DNA of 63,634 nucleotides, counting the filler, from Stramenopiles sp. TOSAG23-6 (Eukaryota): assembly GCA_900128565.1 (NCBI GenBank). It is 10 parts of 10 records of this genome, joined end to end, with 100 filler letters (N's around TTAATTAATTAA, not from the genome) between each part and the next. Parts side by side here need not be neighbours in the genome. Positions count along the whole stretch, not along the records: positions 30,723 to 38,293 come from LT636548.1; positions 38,394 to 45,957 come from LT636549.1; positions 46,058 to 53,620 come from LT636550.1; 7 more parts are not named here. The stretch is one strand, 5' to 3'. The position numbers were made by a program, and so were the translations under genes. Within the stretch, counting starts at the first letter, position 1; every line of letters begins with the position of its first letter. Of this stretch, positions 33,228 to 46,109 are shown piece by piece. The notes beneath the pieces are model-generated. The model did not search any database. It was given only the letters and a program-made list of their open reading frames with translations, and had not been told where the DNA came from.

Positions 33228-36200
33228 TTATAAAGTGTACCTTGGATACCCTATAACATTATTTTTTTCCTGTAATGATATGACTGATTGCCTTAAAGAC
33301 TCCTCATTTTGATTACTCGCTTTTAATTTTTGTGTAGTATCTTCAAGTAAGCGTTGCTGTCCCTCCAAATGCCGAAGCATATGTAAGTTACCATCAGCAA
33401 AACTAGCTCTATATTCGTTCAACTTTTCATTAAATTTTTGATGGTATTCTTCATTAAACTGATCATTTGCCTGATAGTGTTTTGCTCGGTGATCTTGTTC
33501 ATCCGTTTTAGTCACTGAAAATTCCAATAATCTCTGGCACAATAATCCCAATTGTTGTGCAGCCGCTTGTGCATGTTTTTCTGTTCCCAACAATTCTCCT
33601 CCAGATGCAATGTCCTGGCACCACCACCGATCACTACCCTTTAAATCTTCTTTAAATTTTATGATGGACGGGTGATTAGCGTGGTTAGCACAAATGACCT
33701 GAGTATGATGTATTTTGGAAAAATATTTCAAAAAGAAAACGTTAGGTACAAACTTTCATACGAAACAAAATCGAAATTGAANAAAAATAATACATACATG
33801 TATCAAAGACTTGCGTAATATATCTATTTGATTTGCAAGCGACACGACAGAAGTTGACATAATTTCTCTATCGTGCTCTATGTGTTGTGAAAAAATATTT
33901 GAAAAATTTTGAAAAATTCGTTAGGTACGAAATTATCTAATAAAAAAAAATATTTTGAAATTTAAAGTGGATCATGTACAAGCGGCTCCTTTCAGAGTCC
34001 AAAGTTTCCGCAAGTTTCTGTTGCTTCTCTGCTAGTTCTACAGCACTAGTTAAATCATTTCGTAAATGTTTCAAATCTCGTGAAGCATCAACTTCATACT
34101 TCCGCAAACGTGAAAGCTCTGATAAGGTAGAATCCGAAACGCTACATTCAAGTTCCTGAATTTTTTCTACAAGTACTCTTTGTTTAACAGAACTTTCCTC
34201 TTGTGTTGCTCTAAGTTCTTCTCGTAGTCTTATTTCTACTTGTCTAGAATTATTTATATTATTCAACGTCAAAAATTGTTCTTGATGTGTTGCAGAAAGA
34301 GTACCACGCATATCGGCTAATTCAGAACGGAGTGATTGAATCGTTTTAGCTTCCTTTTCCAACAAAATTTCAAGTTGCTGTTTTTCGTCCTCGGTAATGT
34401 TTCTATTATTCTTTGCTTCCTCAGCGTCATTACGGTGATTTGTTGCAATTATTTTCATTTTTTCAAGACGATTTAGAGATTCATCTCGACTGTTTCTAAT
34501 TTTATGTAATTCGTTATACAACATACGATATTGTGTATTGCAATCACTTCGAGACACTTGAATAATTTCGTGTCCTTCAATTAACAAAGATAAAAGTTTT
34601 AATATAATGTTTTGCTGATTGGTTAATTCACCAGATAAAATTGGAGCAACCTTTTTGAGCAAAGAATTTGATACCCATGTACCAAAATGTTCTAACCTTG
34701 TACGTAACGCAAAGAGGCCAGATTTATCCAGTACCAAAGAATTAGAATTTTTATCCTTTTTAAAAACATCAATCGGCAACTCCCCTTTCTCCCAGTTACT
34801 CAAAAAGCTATCATTCATATTAGCATCATTCGATTGGTTATTCATTTNATCATCACTATTTCTATGTATCTCCGAAATAATTGAATCATTCTTTTCATTA
34901 TTTTTCTCATTTTGACGATTATTTTCTTCGTTGCCTTTTTCATTTAGATTTTGTAAGCCTTCTTTTTTATTACTTGATGTTTCATTGTACCAATGTTTTC
35001 TACCTGAAACAGGGCTAACACCAATCATTCTAACTGTATTACTGCCTTTTTTGAAAACGTTAACATTCTTATCTGAACTGTTCAAATTTACATTCATTTC
35101 TTTACATTCATTATAAAATAATGAAACACTATCATGCTGTTCTTCTGTTAGGATTTTCTGCATACATTGTTTTATATCATCCTCGATTGAATTTAATGCG
35201 TCAGTAGCTTCTTTGTATTTCTCAATTTCCGAATTTTGTGAATTCATTTTTTCGGTATGATTTAAAAGATCAGCTGTAAGACGTTGAATTTTTGAAACAG
35301 ATTCCTTCGCGTGATTCTCTATTTCTTTACATTTAATACTTGATTCTTCATATTTACTCAATACATCCTCATGATCACCCTTGAGTTTACTCAATACATC
35401 CTCATGATCACCCTTGAGTTTTTTAGATGCTAATGTAACTTCCTCAAGATAACGAGTTTTTTCATTCAACTGGTGTGTCAACTCTCTGTGCTTTTCAGCC
35501 AAAGAATCTCGTTCATTTCGAGTCACATCATGTTCTAAATCTTTCTGTTTGTTTACAACTTCAAGCTGCTTTTCAAGTGCTGCTACTTCGGCATTGGCTG
35601 CATCATGCATGACTTGCAAAGAAGCCGTATTGTGAAAAATATTTAAAATTTAAAATTTGTTAGACACAAAATTTTCTATGAAAATAAATTTAGTTAGAAA
35701 ATTCAATTTTGAAAACGTCCCCTCTTTTTCTTTTGATATTTGGACATCAGCGTTAATATCACTAATATTCATTAACAATTCCTGGTGAATTGCAGCTAGC
35801 TCTATCATTTCTGCATCCCTACCTTTTAAAGTGTGCTGAAGAGTATCTCGTTCTTTTATAGATTCATGTATTGTGAAAAATATTTTTTTTTTTTGGTAAA
35901 GAAAAAAATTCATTAGGTACAAAATTTACTATGAAAAAAAAATAAATTTGAAAGAAATGATGAAAAGGTACATCATATTTTTTTGACATATTTTCAAGTT
36001 CAAGTTTTACAATTGTTTGAGATTTTTCAGACTTTTTGAGCTGACTACTTAACATATTTAATTTTTCTGCTGCCTCTTGAACATAATCTAAAAGAGCATT
36101 TTTTTCAACTTCTAGCTGATCATTTTGTTTTTTCATATTTATCATATCCTGTCCGACATTATTCAATTTATTTATATCATTTTCATATTTTTCGCGTAAG

Positions 36201-37401
36201 TGGAAAATTTCATTTGACATCGCGAATGTTTTTGATTTATTGCAACGCTTTTTGAGTTTTGCGATGGTGTCTTTTTGATTATTTAACTCAGTCCGTGCTA
36301 AACTCAACTTATCTTCCGATATTTTCATACGATCAATTGCCTCTTCCAATTGGAAATGAAGTGCTGTACTAGTGTGCGATGTATTTTGGAAAAATATTTG
36401 AAAAAAAAAAAACTAAAATTCGTTAGGTACAAATTTTCGTACGAAAAAAAAATCGAATTTGAAAAAAAATAAAACATACAAGTCGTGTCATAAAAGTTAT
36501 TTGCATCTTTTCGCAATTTCAAGATTTCCTGTCTCTGTTGCTGAATTTTGGTTTGTAACTTTGCAACATATCCACATGATGGTCCTTTCTCATTATTCAC
36601 CTGATCATTCTGCTGTGATACATTTGATACACTACTGCAATTTTGTTTATTATACTCATTATTAGGGTTAGGATTATTAGGGTTAGGGTTATTTGGGTCT
36701 AGGTAAGTGCTCTCTTGAGTTTTCTCGTTATACCAATAAAACTTGTCCGTGACTGGACATGTGCCCTTTATCCATATAGTATTAGTTTGTCTCGTAGACT
36801 TATTATCATTAGTATTTTCCTTGATATCAACATACCGTGAGTGCTTACTATTTTCCGATTTACTCCAAGTTGAATGACACTCTGACCAAGAAATTTCACC
36901 ATCTGCTGAAACGTCATATGCATCATATATATATCTCATGTCTTTCTCATTTGGTATCGGTCGAATACCAAGCATGGCCACTCCTCTCTGGAACTCTTTG
37001 AACGTAATCTTGTTGTTACGGTCAGCGTCGCAAGTAAAAAACATTTGAGCATCCGTACGCGAGCGACGTTCAAGCTGTCGCTGAAAATTTTGAAATATAT
37101 GGTTGCGGTTTGAATTCATCGTGCGCTCATTAGGCAAATTTAAATCAGAAGAAAGTTTTGCAGATCCTCGTGAATTTTCGTCGAGTGAAATAATATCATG
37201 GCCACCTTCGAAAACGTCACTAAAAACATCCATATTCTTCAAATTGTCTCCAGTTGCAGCTGCTACTGCAGCAGCAGCGGCCCAGTCAGTTGAACCTTCA
37301 GGCGGGATGCTGTAACCAGCACCTCCGATATTGAAATTATCCATTGTATAAGGTTCATCAATGGGTCCGAAATTTCTATCGAATCTCTCTCCATCCGGCA
37401 T
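33228..37401 (-). CDS. EF-hand + WW + long coiled-coil protein, 6 exons (37401-36480, 36378-35972, 35865-35721, 35624-33980, 33879-33798, 33707-33228)
   Basis: DADRNNKITFKE and DVSADGEISWSE EF-hands; W..G...KFYWYN..TQEST..DP WW; the frame is continuous only after removing 5 family introns. Confidence 0.75.
33708..33797 (-). mobile_element. Family intron, GT...AT, 90 nt
   Basis: CAT|GTATGT...AAAATACAT|CAT in frame. Confidence 0.75.
33880..33979 (-). mobile_element. Family intron, GT...AT, 100 nt
   Basis: TT|GTACAT...CAACACAT|AGAG; the adjacent AGs are out of phase. Confidence 0.72.
35625..35720 (-). mobile_element. Family intron, GG...GG by family alignment, 96 nt
   Basis: GAGG|GGACGTTTT...CAATACGG|CT; contains an in-frame stop so it must be removed. 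Confidence 0.55.
35866..35971 (-). mobile_element. Family intron, GT...AT, 106 nt
   Basis: GAT|GTACCT...CAATACAT|GAA in frame. Confidence 0.78.
36379..36479 (-). mobile_element. Family intron, GT...AT, 101 nt
   Basis: ACTT|GTATGT...AAAATACAT|CG in frame. Confidence 0.75.
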
Positions 37402-37659
37402 TGTCTTTTAGGCTTAAAAAATGGAAACAATGCTCGTTTGTTTTTTCTCATTTGAAAATTTGAATTCAGAATTTTTTTCATTATTTTTGAAACAGTTTTG
37501 TTCCTCGATAAATAATGACCCACCCACGACCGTTAGAAATGAAGCAACGTTTAAACTGATACCCAGAATTGCAAGCCTAATATTGCACTGTATCTTTTTT
37601 AAGTCGCCGGAGTTCCAGAAATAGCACAAGGAATATATGTTGATATACCTAAAGACAAG

Positions 37660-38293
37660 TTGAATGGCATGAAGTTACCCAAATTACAAATATCGGAGGT
37701 GAAAAAGCACACCAAAGAACCATTGACAAAGCGATGGGGACAACAAGTACTGACAAAGAGACATTCTATAGAGTTAGCAAAACAGAGCGCTAATATTGGT
37801 GAAAAAGCTGCCAGTGACGTTCTAGTAAAAGCTATAAGTTCAGGAAAAGCAAGCGCAACAATAGGTGCAAGTGCTGCTGCTGAACAATTTTTTGCAAATG
37901 ATAGTGTATACGTTGAAGGCGTGAAAGAAATAGATGAAACTAAACCCGTAGAGATTGCTGAAGAAGAATTCACAAAACAAAATACAATACCTCTAGAACA
38001 AGCTATAGAGAATATTGAATTTTCAAAAGACATTGAAGAGACCAAAGTACAGATCACCAAAGAACCATTGACAAAGCGATGGGGACAACAAGTACTGACA
38101 AAGAGACATTCTATAGAGTTAGCAAAACAGAGCGCTAATATTGGTGAAAAAGCTGCCAGTGACGTTCTAGTAAAAGCTATAAGTTCAGGAAAAGCAAGCG
38201 CAACAATAGGTGCAAGTGCTGCTGCTGAACAATTTTTTGCAAATGATAGTGTATACGTTGAAGGCGTGAAAGAAATAGATGAAACTAAACCCG
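37660..38293 (+). CDS. Repeat protein fragment (345-bp period; 37710-37948 repeated at 38055-38293), 3'-truncated
   Basis: TKEPLTKRWGQQVL...EIDETKP repeated exactly. Confidence 0.55.
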
Positions 38294-38492
38294 NNNNNNN
38301 NNNNNNNNNNNNNNNNNNNNNNNNNNNNNNNNNNNNNTTAATTAATTAANNNNNNNNNNNNNNNNNNNNNNNNNNNNNNNNNNNNNNNNNNNNGTTTTAT
38401 TTTTTTTTCAATTTTGAATTTATTTTCGTACGAAATTTTGTACCTAACAAATTTTTTTAAATTTTTTGTTGAAATATTTTTTCAAAATAATT

Positions 38493-39211
38493 GGTGGCGG
38501 TTCTAAGTTAGAAAATGAAATCAATAGAGAAAATCTCAAGACAATTATTCAATATTCATCATCTGCAAAAGCCTGGTGGCTTGATTTTAACAAGAATAAG
38601 AATTGTTTTCATAGAAAAGATATTCTATGTAAAGTATGTCATCTTGAAGAGAAATTAAAAAATGCAGTATCATCTGAAAAAAAAGGACATCGAAATTATG
38701 AAACACATTTATGTGCAGCGAAATTGGTTCGATGTTTGGGTGGAGGTCGTGTGACAAATTGCAAATCTGGTAAAGATCGAACATCAATGTCAGTAACACT
38801 AGAACAATCTTTATTGTTATCGGATCATTTTGGTTCAATGTTACCTCAGAAATGGCGCCCAAATAGTCAAGTATTAGTTGGTAAAGATCATGATAAATGT
38901 GCTTCAAATCTACCCCTTAAAATAGCTGAATTAATGCGAGGACATGGAACAAGGATTATTAATGTATATTTTATTCATTTTAATTTCAAATTTTTTTTTT
39001 TATGAAAATTTCGTAGCTAACAAAAAAAAAACATTTTTTTTGAAATATTTTTCTAAAAGAACAGGCACATGAAAATATGGGATTTCCAAAATTCGCATTC
39101 AATGCATTACAAAGGAAATGTTTACCCGAACCATACCGACCACCAGTAGATACACTTGTGTCAATGACACATACAGCAACAATTGGGCGCAGAGGGTTAT
39201 CTATTACATGA
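38493..39211 (+). CDS. INPP4: Inositol polyphosphate 4-phosphatase C-terminal part (exons 38493-38963, 39065-39211)
   Basis: CKSGKDRTSMSVTLEQ catalytic motif; FAFNALQ..P..YRPP. Confidence 0.88.
38964..39064 (+). mobile_element. Family intron, GT...AG, 101 nt
   Basis: AAT|GTATAT...AGAACAG|GCA gives RIIN|AHENMG. Confidence 0.8.
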
Positions 39212-39675
39212 TTTTATTTATTTTATGAAAAATATTTTTAAAAAAATGAGTAATTAAATTACATGATTTTATTTTATGAAAATTTTTTCAAAATGTTTTT
39301 TGTTTTTTTCTGTGTTGGGTACAAAATTAGATAGACAACAAAATCATATGGTACATGTAGTTGATGTGAAAAGTATTTTTTTGACACATCCAACATTTCA
39401 TTATAACTAAATCATATATAAAACTGAAATATAGAATCAGCGATGGGAGCAGGTTTGTAGGTTTGTAGTAATTTTAGCTGCCAAATATAGTGAAGGATTT
39501 CGTGTTGAGAGAACGAAGAATTTTGAAATTTTCTAAAATTTGAATTTTTTGACCGGATAGAAAAGAATCGTTGTGCTTTCACATTTATTTAATTCCAAAT
39601 AGGATTATCGTAATTTACAATATAAAACAAAATTCTACTCGAAACAAAATAAACAACACCAGCTGCTTGAGTAAC

Positions 39676-41527
39676 ATGGATGTGAAACCAATTGTATTCG
39701 TGCCAATGTGTGCAGATCTGCTTCACGATGGTCATATCAAGTTGTTAAACGTAGGAAGAAAGTTTGGATCTATTACAGTTCTATTAATGACCGACGCTGC
39801 AATGCTTACATACAAACGTACGCCCACAATGTCGTATGAGCAAAGATATACTTTAATACGTTCTTTACGCCAAGTTGATAATGTTTTACCATGTAATGGT
39901 CCACATACGTACTCATCAATGGTAACACAGTATAAACCTTTGTTTTTCCTCCACGGAGATGACTGGAAAAATGGTCCTCAATCGGCACCCAGAGAAGCAG
40001 TAATAAAAGCTTGTTCCGTATATGGAGGTAAGGTGATTGAACCACCATATCATAAAGGTGTTTCTAGCACATCTCTACAAAAATCCATTAAAAGCACGAT
40101 ATATGAACAAAAGTGTCTCGGAGTGATTCTTCGTTCTGCTTTAAACGATTTAAAACGAACGCCAGAACATGTCACTTTTGAACATGTACGTTTTCAAAAT
40201 TGAATTATTAATTTTTTTTCATACGAAATTTCGTACCTAACGATTTTTTTCCATTAAAAAAAAAATCACAATACATGGTATTGGCACAAGTATAATACAT
40301 CGAATAATATCAGGACATGAATTTGATGAAGAATGTCAATCTGCAATGATTCGATCAATTACATCGTTGTATCCAATTGACAAGAAAGAACTGGTTATGA
40401 ATCATGATACAAGTTATTGTGGTATCTGGCATATGTTAGCCAAGACAACTCAAAAAAGTGGCCGAGTGATTGAGCGAACGAATGAAAATGGTATGAGTTC
40501 ACCATATTATCGATATATGGACACAGCAGTATCATCTCTTGCACCCTTCAAACCTGAATTAATTGAAACCTTAATGATGGTTGAGAATAATGATGCTTAT
40601 CATCCAAATATAGTAATGAATAAAGGACATTTACTTGCACAGGTGACATTCTTTATAGGTCCTGTAAACTTTTATTATACTATTAGAGGTAAAAGATTAT
40701 GTGTCCCAATGAATAGTGGGGATTCGTGTTTAATTACTCCATTTATACCACATTCATTTGCTTCTCGAGATCCATCAAAATATTCTGCAATTGTAGCTGT
40801 AACATTCAGTGGAAATGTTCGAGGTTTAATTGCAGATTTAATGCATCTTGATAAAAAAGTTTTGCTAGATGTTGCTGGAGATGCAAGAAAATCAAAAGAT
40901 GTACAATTACGCCGAATCCAAAGATATGCTGATTTGCGTGGAATCAGTGATATGAAAAAGCTTATGAGTGATTTGAAGAATAATCCTCATGAGGTTGCCA
41001 AAAAATTAAAAGTGTCTGTAGATTTAATAAGTGAAAGACCACTTAGTATTTCTGATGAAGTAATCTGTGAACATAAAAACACTAATCCGATCCCAGTTTT
41101 GCAAAAATCAAATGAAAAACATTGTTTAGCTTGCTCCAAAATAATGCCCGAAGTCGGAGGATATGAGTGGATACTACGCAGTGCTGATACATCGTGCAGT
41201 CCATTCTTCAATTATATCTATAACCATGGAACTAAAAGTGTTAAACTACGAAATTGCAATTCAGGTGTAGATGTTATTGTTGCACCTGGTGATAGTTTGA
41301 TTTTGAAACCGTTCATCACAGTTGTATTTGCCCCTTGTGAATCATTTGAACCTAATCCTATCCATAACAGAAATAAATCAGAAGCAAGTACTATGTCGCA
41401 GTCATATGCTAATTTGCTCGTTGTTAAAGTTGGAGGGTGTGTCCAGCGATCAACTCTAGATGAAATATCTACATTTGATGACGCGGGAAGGAAACGAATG
41501 TTATCACAAAAGAGTCGATGGTGGTAA
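39676..41527 (+). CDS. mpnS: Cytidylyltransferase - methylphosphonate synthase (MpnS/HEPD-family) fusion, ~586 aa (exons 39676-40185, 40277-41527)
   Basis: N-terminal MCADLLHDGH..MTD..YKR..HGDDW..PY.KGVSST; then LNDLKR HTH, YYRYMDTA, PFKPE, NKGHLLAQ..FIGPVNFYY, MNSGDSCLITPFIPH. Confidence 0.85.
40186..40276 (+). mobile_element. Family intron, GT...AT, 91 nt
   Basis: CAT|GTACGT...CAATACAT|GGT joins the two ORFs inside the HTH (TFEH|GIGTS). Confidence 0.85.
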
Positions 41528-41637
41528 TAAAATATGAAAAAGACAATAATAGTTTGAGATATATGACTACAAACTACAATGACAATGTAGACACCACATC
41601 ATATTTATTTATCTAAATATAAAGATTTATATATCAT

Positions 41638-42680
41638 CTAATGTACATTTTTATACTCTAATTCAATTTCTTTTAATTCTTTGTTCGAGACTTTGATCTT
41701 CATAGCATTAGATATGTATTTTGGGAAAATATACCATAAAAAAATGTCGTCAGGTACAAAATCTTCATAGTAAAAAAAATTGAAATTTAAAATGAATGAT
41801 GGGAACGTACATGATTTCATTTGGGACGACTTGCGCTGGTATTTCTTTCAAGCATAGTAAAATATGTTCAAAATCAAAAGGAGTTCCTTCTACACAAGAA
41901 AAAAGCCATTCGTGTTTTGATTGTAGGTTATCGGACGTATCCTTATTATAATTTCTAGTATTTGGTACATTTCTGGTATATTCTTTTTTGTTGGTAAATA
42001 ATTCAGTATCTAGTTGCGTATGAGTCAAGTTATTATTCTTATATTTGCTATTTGTGTCATTTCTATCATTCCTTGTATGTTTTGTAGATGGATTGGGAAT
42101 TTCTATTGAAAGAGGATTTTCATTTTTTCCATGATTTACCCAACTATTTTCATATTTTTTATCATTTCCCCAAATATAGCGACCAATTGAATCAACTGCT
42201 GAATTTACAAATCCAAATGTTTCTTCATATTGATATTCCTTTTCTTGGACAGACTGATTGGTATTTGTAGTTCTTCTATTTGCTACATCAAGTTTGTTTG
42301 GATCTATTTCAATTCTAGATGATTGGATACTTTGTTTACAGCTTTCTTCATGGTGATGTCTATTGCCCATTGATTCCATTTCTTCCATTGGCCGAGAAAT
42401 TTTGGTTTTGCTTTTTTCTTTTGTATATTTATCATTTTCATTATTTAGCATAGTATTTTGTGCAAATTCTTGTTGAATCCAAAATTGTCGTCCATCCTCA
42501 ATCATTTGCAATAATGCCAAAGAAACACGAAATACTACTGTCCAACCCTCCGCAAGAAAGCAATCCCAAATACGCCGTACAGCATCAAATGAAAAATTGT
42601 AACTAAATATTGTCATAAACCATTGTGAAGCATACATGCATTTTGTAAAAATATTTAAAAAAAAAAGATTTGTTAGGAAC

Positions 42681-42715
<35 letters not shown>

Positions 42716-43661
42716 AAGTTCAATCTTTAAAAAGTACATTGTAGGAGTTATATTTATCTCTGCAAAATAAGCAGCTAGTTTAGGCAAATGTTTTTCTATT
42801 AGTTTCTGAAATTGATAAAGTAAAACATTAAATTTTGGCAAACCTTCTCGAAATATTCCCTTCATGTCATGTGATTTCATAATTGAATCAAGCATCCAAA
42901 ATGCATTTTCTTCCGGCATATAACATAGAAATATACCTGCGATATATCCCATGCCTTGACAATAACCTACATCAGGATCGTGTACAGAATATGCACATAA
43001 GATGTTGTAAAGAGCTCTTTGACCAGCATGTATTGTGAAAAAATATTTTGGTTAGAAATTCGTTAGGTATGAAATTTACTATGAAAAGAAATATTTGAAA
43101 TTAATTTTGAAAACGTACACCACCTGAGTCGCGGAAGAATTGATGCTTTGGGAAAGTTCGGCTTATATCTCGGGTTATAATTGCAGTATGTGGAGATTTC
43201 ATAGTACTATACGCTTTGTATTGTCCTGGGTTAGCCCATAACAATTCGTCACCCCCTGTTAATGCAGCCCACATAGCACCTCGTAGTGGATCAGAGATCC
43301 CTTTTCTAATACGGAGTTTTAGTGCTCTTCGACGGCGTGGTGTTGATACATCAAGATTAATAAGTGTTGCCTGCCAGAATTCTATATTTGTTTGACCTAT
43401 ATTTATTGTTTTATTGTTATTGATTGATTTGGTATGCCTGGTTTTATTCTTTGGAATTTTACTTTTCTTCCGACCGTGTTTTTCACCTTCATTAACTCTA
43501 CTATTAGTGTTGTTCTTTCTGTGTGCTTCAACAATAATACCTTTGTTCTGATTCAAAACCCTCGACGTTTTATTATTTACTTTATCAAATACTCGAGTCC
43601 GATTAATTTTTGATATACCCATTAACCCGAAACTCAGCCCAAGTCCAGTACTGGCGTTCAT
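41638..43661 (-). CDS. TBC-domain Rab GTPase-activating protein, 4 exons (43661-43119, 43027-42738, 42635-41811, 41713-41638)
   Basis: RKGISDPLRGAMW, IITRDISRTFP, VGYCQGM, MYASQWF, RIWD. Confidence 0.92.
41714..41810 (-). mobile_element. Family intron, GT...AT, 97 nt
   Basis: AT|GTACGT...AAAATACAT|A in frame. Confidence 0.75.
42636..42737 (-). mobile_element. Family intron, GT...AT, 102 nt
   Basis: AT|GTACTT...AAATGCAT|G restores PTMYASQWF; otherwise it is read as a poly-F insert. Confidence 0.82.
43028..43118 (-). mobile_element. Family intron, GT...AT, 91 nt
   Basis: GGT|GTACGT...CAATACAT|GCT gives DSGG|AGQRALYNIL. Confidence 0.82.
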
Positions 43662-43894
43662 ATTTAATCTCGATTCTGAGGTCTATTGTTGAAGAGTAAA
43701 AGACAGAAAATTGAGGGAGAGGAGCCTTTCTTTCATGTAACCGAATTTGAATTTCAATTTTTTTTTTGTTTTTTTGACGAAACCGGAAACCGACCGTTTA
43801 CTACCGTTATTGACATTTCTTCTTTATCTGAGAACAGTCCAATATAATTTATGAGTAGAAGTATATTATCATTGTATTAGTAGAAAATGCTTCC

Positions 43895-44659
43895 ATGAGT
43901 AAACAAACAAAAGAAGAACGAGCAAAAGCAGCGCGATTACGAAGAGGAGAAACTAATGCAAAGTTCAAACGCATTCCTCAACTAACAATTGGTGACGACT
44001 TACCACATTTTATATGTAATACTCAATTTGGAACTATTAGCTCGAGAGACTTTGTTGGTGGTCAGTGGACTCTATTATTTTCGTATAGTAAAGCATTTGT
44101 GCCGACAACAACAACTGAGATGGGGGCAGTATCAGTTTTAGAAAAGCAATTCAAAGCACGTAACTGCAACGTTTTATGTATTGGCTTGGAGTCTCGTGAA
44201 CGAATTCGATCTTGGAAAGTAGAAATTGATAGAGTATACAAATGCGACGTGAAATTTCCTATAATTAATGATACAGATGGGAGTTGTTTATCTTTATGTA
44301 ATATGCTCGATAGACCGGAACGCTTTGGGCCACCGTTTGGTGCCGAAGGTGTTTTACGTGCAAATAGTGTAGTCTTTTTAATTGATCCTTTTAAAAAGGT
44401 CCGTTATAGAATGGATTATTCAAGTAGTGTAGGTCGTAATTTCTATGAGATTATTCGAGTGTTGGATTCATTACAGATGAAAGATTATCATCAAGTAAAT
44501 ACTCCTGCTAATTGGGAACAAGGCGATGCCTTACTAGTTCCTACAACGACACCTGAGAACCAAATCCCTATACTATACCCTCTTGGGGTCAATAAACAGA
44601 GGCCTTATTTATGGACGACAAATTTTCAAGACGATGAAGATGGAAATAATAGTGATTAG
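43895..44659 (+). CDS. 1-Cys peroxiredoxin (Prx6)-like protein lacking the peroxidatic Cys
   Basis: FVPTTTTEMG in place of FTPVCTTELG; GRNFYEIIRVLDSLQ, TPANWEQG, PYL. Confidence 0.85.
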   Translation: MSKQTKEERAKAARLRRGETNAKFKRIPQLTIGDDLPHFICNTQFGTISSRDFVGGQWTLLFSYSKAFVPTTTTEMGAVSVLEKQFKARNCNVLCIGLESRERIRSWKVEIDRVYKCDVKFPIINDTDGSCLSLCNMLDRPERFGPPFGAEGVLRANSVVFLIDPFKKVRYRMDYSSSVGRNFYEIIRVLDSLQMKDYHQVNTPANWEQGDALLVPTTTPENQIPILYPLGVNKQRPYLWTTNFQDDEDGNNSD

Positions 44660-44819
44660 TATTTTAGTGTATGCTAATAAATAAGATTGTAATACAGTAC
44701 ATATATCTTTATATTTTTACTACAATTCACAATAGCTTTTTGATTTCTACTATCAGTGCCTTTCATAAAAAGATTCAATTCTAACTCTTTACAATTATCT
44801 CAAAATTAGTTTTGACAAA

Positions 44820-45869
<1,050 letters not shown>

Positions 45870-45900
45870 TTAGGTACAAAATTTCGTATGAAAACAAAAA

Positions 45901-45957
45901 GTAAAGTAAAGTAAAGTAAAGTAAAGTAAAGTAAAGTAAAGTAAAGTAAAGTAAAGT
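45901..45957. repeat. (GTAAA)n microsatellite inside a family intron at the contig end
   Basis: About 11 perfect units. Confidence 0.9.
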
Positions 45958-46109
45958 NNNNNNNNNNNNNNNNNNNNNNNNNNNNNNNNNNNNNNNNNNN
46001 NTTAATTAATTAANNNNNNNNNNNNNNNNNNNNNNNNNNNNNNNNNNNNNNNNNNNNACAAAATTTCGTACGAAAAAAAAATTCGAATTTGAAAAAAAAT
46101 AAAACATAC

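Noticed and set aside
39676-41527. Prokaryotic contamination as the source of the mpnS-like gene
   Set aside because: Contains a host-family intron, has similar base composition, and is flanked by eukaryotic genes on the same contig
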